Origin: a virus
Lineage: Duplodnaviria > Caudoviricetes
IMG/VR virus record: IMGVR_UViG_3300048579_000348
Coordinates: 1 to 38,067 of that record
Length of the DNA stretch: 38,067 bases
Direction: 5' to 3' (one strand)
Part shown: one piece after another, positions 35,469 through 38,067 of the stretch
How positions within the stretch are numbered: position 1 is the stretch's first letter
Layout: every line of letters begins with the position of its first letter
The notes under the pieces: generated by a model
Told to the model about the DNA's origin: nothing
Database searches by the model: none
Seen by the model: the letters and a program-made list of their open reading frames with translations, nothing else
Made by a program: the position numbers and the translations under genes

Positions 35469-36415
35469 TATTGCTTACCTGCCTTCCTGTCACCGTTTAA
35501 CTTATCGAAAATACTGGCTTCGGTATTATTCACCTTATCCGTTTTGACTTCCATATTTTTGTCGATTTTCTCCTGGTCATCATATTCTTGTTCTGATTTC
35601 ATTCCGGAAAGAATTTCTTCTTTAAGTTCGCTCGATACATTTTTGTCAAGCAGATTCAAATCGAGCTTTTGAGAATATCCCAGGTCTGAATATTCGTCAA
35701 GTGTTATGGCAGCCTGAACCTCGGGAGATATCGGTGCGAGCTTACCAAGACGCCTGACAACTGTTTTCATTCCCATTGCTTCGTAGTGCGTATCCCAGGG
35801 ATTGGGAAACTTGAAGATTTTAGATGCCTTATAATTTTGCGATGTATCTCTTACGAAATTGACCTCGTCGACAGTCATCACGTCAAACATCTTACCGCCG
35901 TTCTGGAACTCCAGGACGCAATAAAAATGTGTAGGCGTACCTCCCTTACCGCTTGGTTTATGAATGAGCTTCTCAGTCAAGCCGTATTCGAATTCGAAAT
36001 TATCAGTATCGAGTACTACCCGGGGTTGGAATCTACGGACCTGACCTGAGCGCATAGCCAGTGATACTATACCCCTGTAACCGATTATGAACTGGCATTC
36101 CATAACACGCTTTTTCTTATTCTCAAATGGAATAAGATAAGCTTCACCTGTAACACCATCAGGAATAAGCCCGAGCTGTGCTGATTGGAATAAACAGGCT
36201 ACGACTGATACCGGTGTGCATTCAAGTAATTTCGGTGTGCGATTAAATGATGTTAAAATTATCCTGATAAATTTTTCAGGCGGGATGAACCGGGGAAGTG
36301 CATTTTTAAATTCATCTTTTAAGGAGTATAAAAGGTCTTTCATTTTTTGACCTTTCGCTCCGATAGTCATTGCCTGTGATTGGGTTTCAGGCAATTGATT
36401 TTTTCCGTCAGACAT
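35468..36415 (-). CDS. recT: RecT-family single-strand annealing recombinase
   Basis: SAQLGL.P, EAYLIPF, QFIIGYRG and PWDTHYEAMGMKTVVRR motifs; start at 36415 or 36436. Confidence 0.93.
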   Translation of the reverse strand: MSDGKNQLPETQSQAMTIGAKGQKMKDLLYSLKDEFKNALPRFIPPEKFIRIILTSFNRTPKLLECTPVSVVACLFQSAQLGLIPDGVTGEAYLIPFENKKKRVMECQFIIGYRGIVSLAMRSGQVRRFQPRVVLDTDNFEFEYGLTEKLIHKPSGKGGTPTHFYCVLEFQNGGKMFDVMTVDEVNFVRDTSQNYKASKIFKFPNPWDTHYEAMGMKTVVRRLGKLAPISPEVQAAITLDEYSDLGYSQKLDLNLLDKNVSSELKEEILSGMKSEQEYDDQEKIDKNMEVKTDKVNNTEASIFDKLNGDRKAGKQ

Positions 36416-36448
36416 ATTATTTACCTTTCTCCGCATTTGCGGAATTAA

Positions 36449-36562
36449 TTATAAATTATAAATTAATATTGCTATTAAAATTATTGCTATGACTGCGACT
36501 ACAATTATCGGTCTGGGTGAAGTGAGCCGCGTTCTGGGTGTTATTCTTTTGAAATTTTTCAT
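36449..36562 (-). CDS. Small membrane peptide (37 aa; not in the ORF track)
   Basis: MKNFKRITPRTRLTSPRPIIVVAVIAIILIAILIYNL; fills the gap before recT. Confidence 0.5.
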   Translation of the reverse strand: MKNFKRITPRTRLTSPRPIIVVAVIAIILIAILIYNL

Positions 36563-36563
36563 A

Positions 36564-36776
36564 TTATCTATTGACAAAATTTACATTAATATCAATTAAT
36601 GCCTGCTTTACTCTGAGTAAATCTTCGGATTCAGTTATCACAATATCCTTTTCGATATCGAGTAAATCTTTGAATTTCTTTCTTAAGAATGGAGCTTTCC
36701 AATCTGTGACTTCGGCTAATTTGTATAAGTCATCTGTGTTTACAAAAATATTAAGCGGTTTGGGTTTGCCTGCCAT
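36564..36776 (-). CDS. Hypothetical early protein
   Basis: 70-aa ORF with AAGGAG upstream. Confidence 0.6.
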   Translation of the reverse strand: MAGKPKPLNIFVNTDDLYKLAEVTDWKAPFLRKKFKDLLDIEKDIVITESEDLLRVKQALIDINVNFVNR

Positions 36777-36871
36777 TTTATTTTTTCTCCTTTGCTAATT
36801 TTAAATAGTATAGATTTCCTATTTTGTAACGGATTATTTTCCTACCTCTGTAGTAAAAAGTTTTCATTTTA

Positions 36872-37054
36872 TTAATTTTGATTGTTTGAATTTTTTTCGG
36901 CTTTGATTCTGTCTGCCTCTTTCCTGAATAAGAATCTTGTCATTGAGGAGTTTTCTTCGTGACCGTAATAATCCTTGCATGTCTTCAGATTATCAATGTC
37001 ATCCTTCTTTAATTCTGCTGTTAAAATAATTCTTTTAGGTTTTTTGTTTGCCAT
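36872..37054 (-). CDS. Possible ribbon-helix-helix regulator in the Cro position
   Basis: KRIILTAEL strand followed by two helices (..NSSMTRFLFRKE). Confidence 0.45.
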   Translation of the reverse strand: MANKKPKRIILTAELKKDDIDNLKTCKDYYGHEENSSMTRFLFRKEADRIKAEKNSNNQN

Positions 37055-37088
37055 TTTATTAATATTATTTGAATGAAAAATTTGTTTA

Positions 37089-37286
37089 TTATTTTCCGAA
37101 AAACTGATTTAACTCTTTTAATTGTTCGTGAATATGAGCCAGGCTTCCGACTACACCCCAGTCCGTTTTTTTATTTTGCTTATTATATTCTCTTAGATTT
37201 GCTTTTAATAATTCAATCTGAATGTTGATTTTATTGCTGTATTCAGTTCTTTTTACTTTTACCTGAATTTCATTGTAGTTTTCCAT
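37089..37286 (-). CDS. Hypothetical first early gene
   Basis: 65 aa with DWGVVGSLAHI..L motif; immediately downstream of the early promoter. Confidence 0.65.
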   Translation of the reverse strand: MENYNEIQVKVKRTEYSNKINIQIELLKANLREYNKQNKKTDWGVVGSLAHIHEQLKELNQFFGK

Positions 37287-37305
37287 TGCTTTTTGTTTTT
37301 AATTG

Positions 37306-37387
37306 TAATACAATTGTATAGTATTGTATTTCTAAACTATACAAATATAATACAATCATATTATTTTGTCAAGAGAAATAATACAAT
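37306..37387. promoter_or_regulatory. Lysis/lysogeny switch: candidate operators and early promoter
   Basis: TAATACAAT at 37306, 37348 and 37379; AATACAAT-N8-ATTGTATT palindrome at 37307-37330; leftward TTGACA-N17-TATATTTG at 37372-37342. Confidence 0.7.
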
Positions 37388-37407
37388 TTTATTAATTTAT
37401 TTATGCT

Positions 37408-38067
37408 ATGGAAAAAACACCCTGGAGACAACAATTCGGGGAGAGATTAAGGAAAGCAGCCGAAGAACTCTTGGGAGGAGTTGACGGGCTTGCGCAAATG
37501 TGGGGCTCAAAAACAGGAGCCGGTTTATATGGTTATTTTCGTGGGGACAGGATTCCCGGCGGAGAGCTGCTTGAAAAGCTCGTTAACAAAGTAAATATTG
37601 AATGGCTTCTCACCGGAGAAGGATCTATGAATATTCCATTACCGATTACAAAATCAGAAAGAACTTTTAAAGTACCTGTTTTTGGTTCTGTCCTTTGCGG
37701 ATCACCGGCGCCGCTCTGGGATAAGGAAGAAATAAAAGAATACATTGATTTGCCTGATTTAATTAAGTACAAATATTCTTTCGGTTTAATAGCTAAAGGA
37801 AATTCTATGATACCGTATATTAATCCTGGGGATTATCTTATTTGCGTTGACAATCCGGAATTAATAAAAGACGGTCGCGCAGTCGTTACAATTTTTAAAG
37901 GGACTATAGATAATAATGAAGTTAACGCTAAATTGATAACAAGAGACGTTAATAAAGGTATTGTTACTTTATATTCGATTAACACAAAATATCCCCCGGT
38001 TAACTATAACGAAGATGAGATTTTGAAAATTTATAAATTAATTAAAATAATAAGGGACGTTAAATGA
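37408..38067 (+). CDS. cI: CI-like repressor (XRE HTH + S24 autopeptidase)
   Basis: HTH ending VNIEWLLTGEG, VLCG cleavage site, GNSM catalytic Ser, NAKL catalytic Lys; divergent from the early operon. Confidence 0.93.
   Translation: MEKTPWRQQFGERLRKAAEELLGGVDGLAQMWGSKTGAGLYGYFRGDRIPGGELLEKLVNKVNIEWLLTGEGSMNIPLPITKSERTFKVPVFGSVLCGSPAPLWDKEEIKEYIDLPDLIKYKYSFGLIAKGNSMIPYINPGDYLICVDNPELIKDGRAVVTIFKGTIDNNEVNAKLITRDVNKGIVTLYSINTKYPPVNYNEDEILKIYKLIKIIRDVK

Larger units (their letters stand above)
1..38067. mobile_element. Temperate tailed phage / prophage genome (siphovirus-like, HK97-type head)
   Basis: Integrase, repressor, recombination/replication, packaging, head, tail and lysis modules all present in canonical order; no sheath or host housekeeping genes recognised; att sites not visible in the window. 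Confidence 0.96.

Noticed and set aside
36430-36443. TCCGCA-TT-TGCGGA inverted repeat upstream of recT
   Set aside because: Short stem with a very tight loop, single occurrence and no U-tract on the coding strand
36778-36867. 29-codon minus-strand ORF (MKTFYYRGRK...)
   Set aside because: Too short to support from sequence alone
327-37772. Many antisense or nested ORFs in the track (e.g. 327-680, 10942-11373, 24348-24863, 34972-35298, 37533-37772)
   Set aside because: They lie within or opposite well-supported genes and have shadow-like composition with no recognisable motifs
1-38067. tRNA, rRNA, CRISPR array, contractile sheath or known defence operon
   Set aside because: None recognisable by eye; a tRNAscan/Infernal/DefenseFinder run would be needed to exclude them formally

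Overview
The whole 38-kb window reads as one near-complete temperate siphovirus-like (pro)phage genome, running from the start of a tyrosine integrase (left) to the stop of a CI/S24 repressor (right). Almost everything between is on the minus strand in lambdoid order: early recombination genes (RecT, AAA/SMC-like ATPase, YqaJ exonuclease), ParB, DEDDh exonuclease, replication initiator, small accessory ORFs, ParB-like/methyltransferase, terminase, HK97-type portal/protease/capsid, neck and tail genes (with a -1 frameshift I traced by hand), and a lysis cassette. The DNA is AT-rich, has few obvious Shine-Dalgarno motifs and has TAnnTTTG-type promoters, which suggests an FCB-group host, possibly Ignavibacteria (inference). 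The two most interesting observations are: (1) a candidate late-gene antitermination system, made of a DUF2292/YezD-like small gene, two near-identical promoters, and two different terminators preceded by the same 17-nt box and placed directly before the packaging and head operons; and (2) N-terminal membrane-targeting segments on three normally cytoplasmic morphogenesis proteins (major capsid, tail assembly chaperone, tailspike-like protein). All family calls come from motif recognition by eye; no database searches were run.
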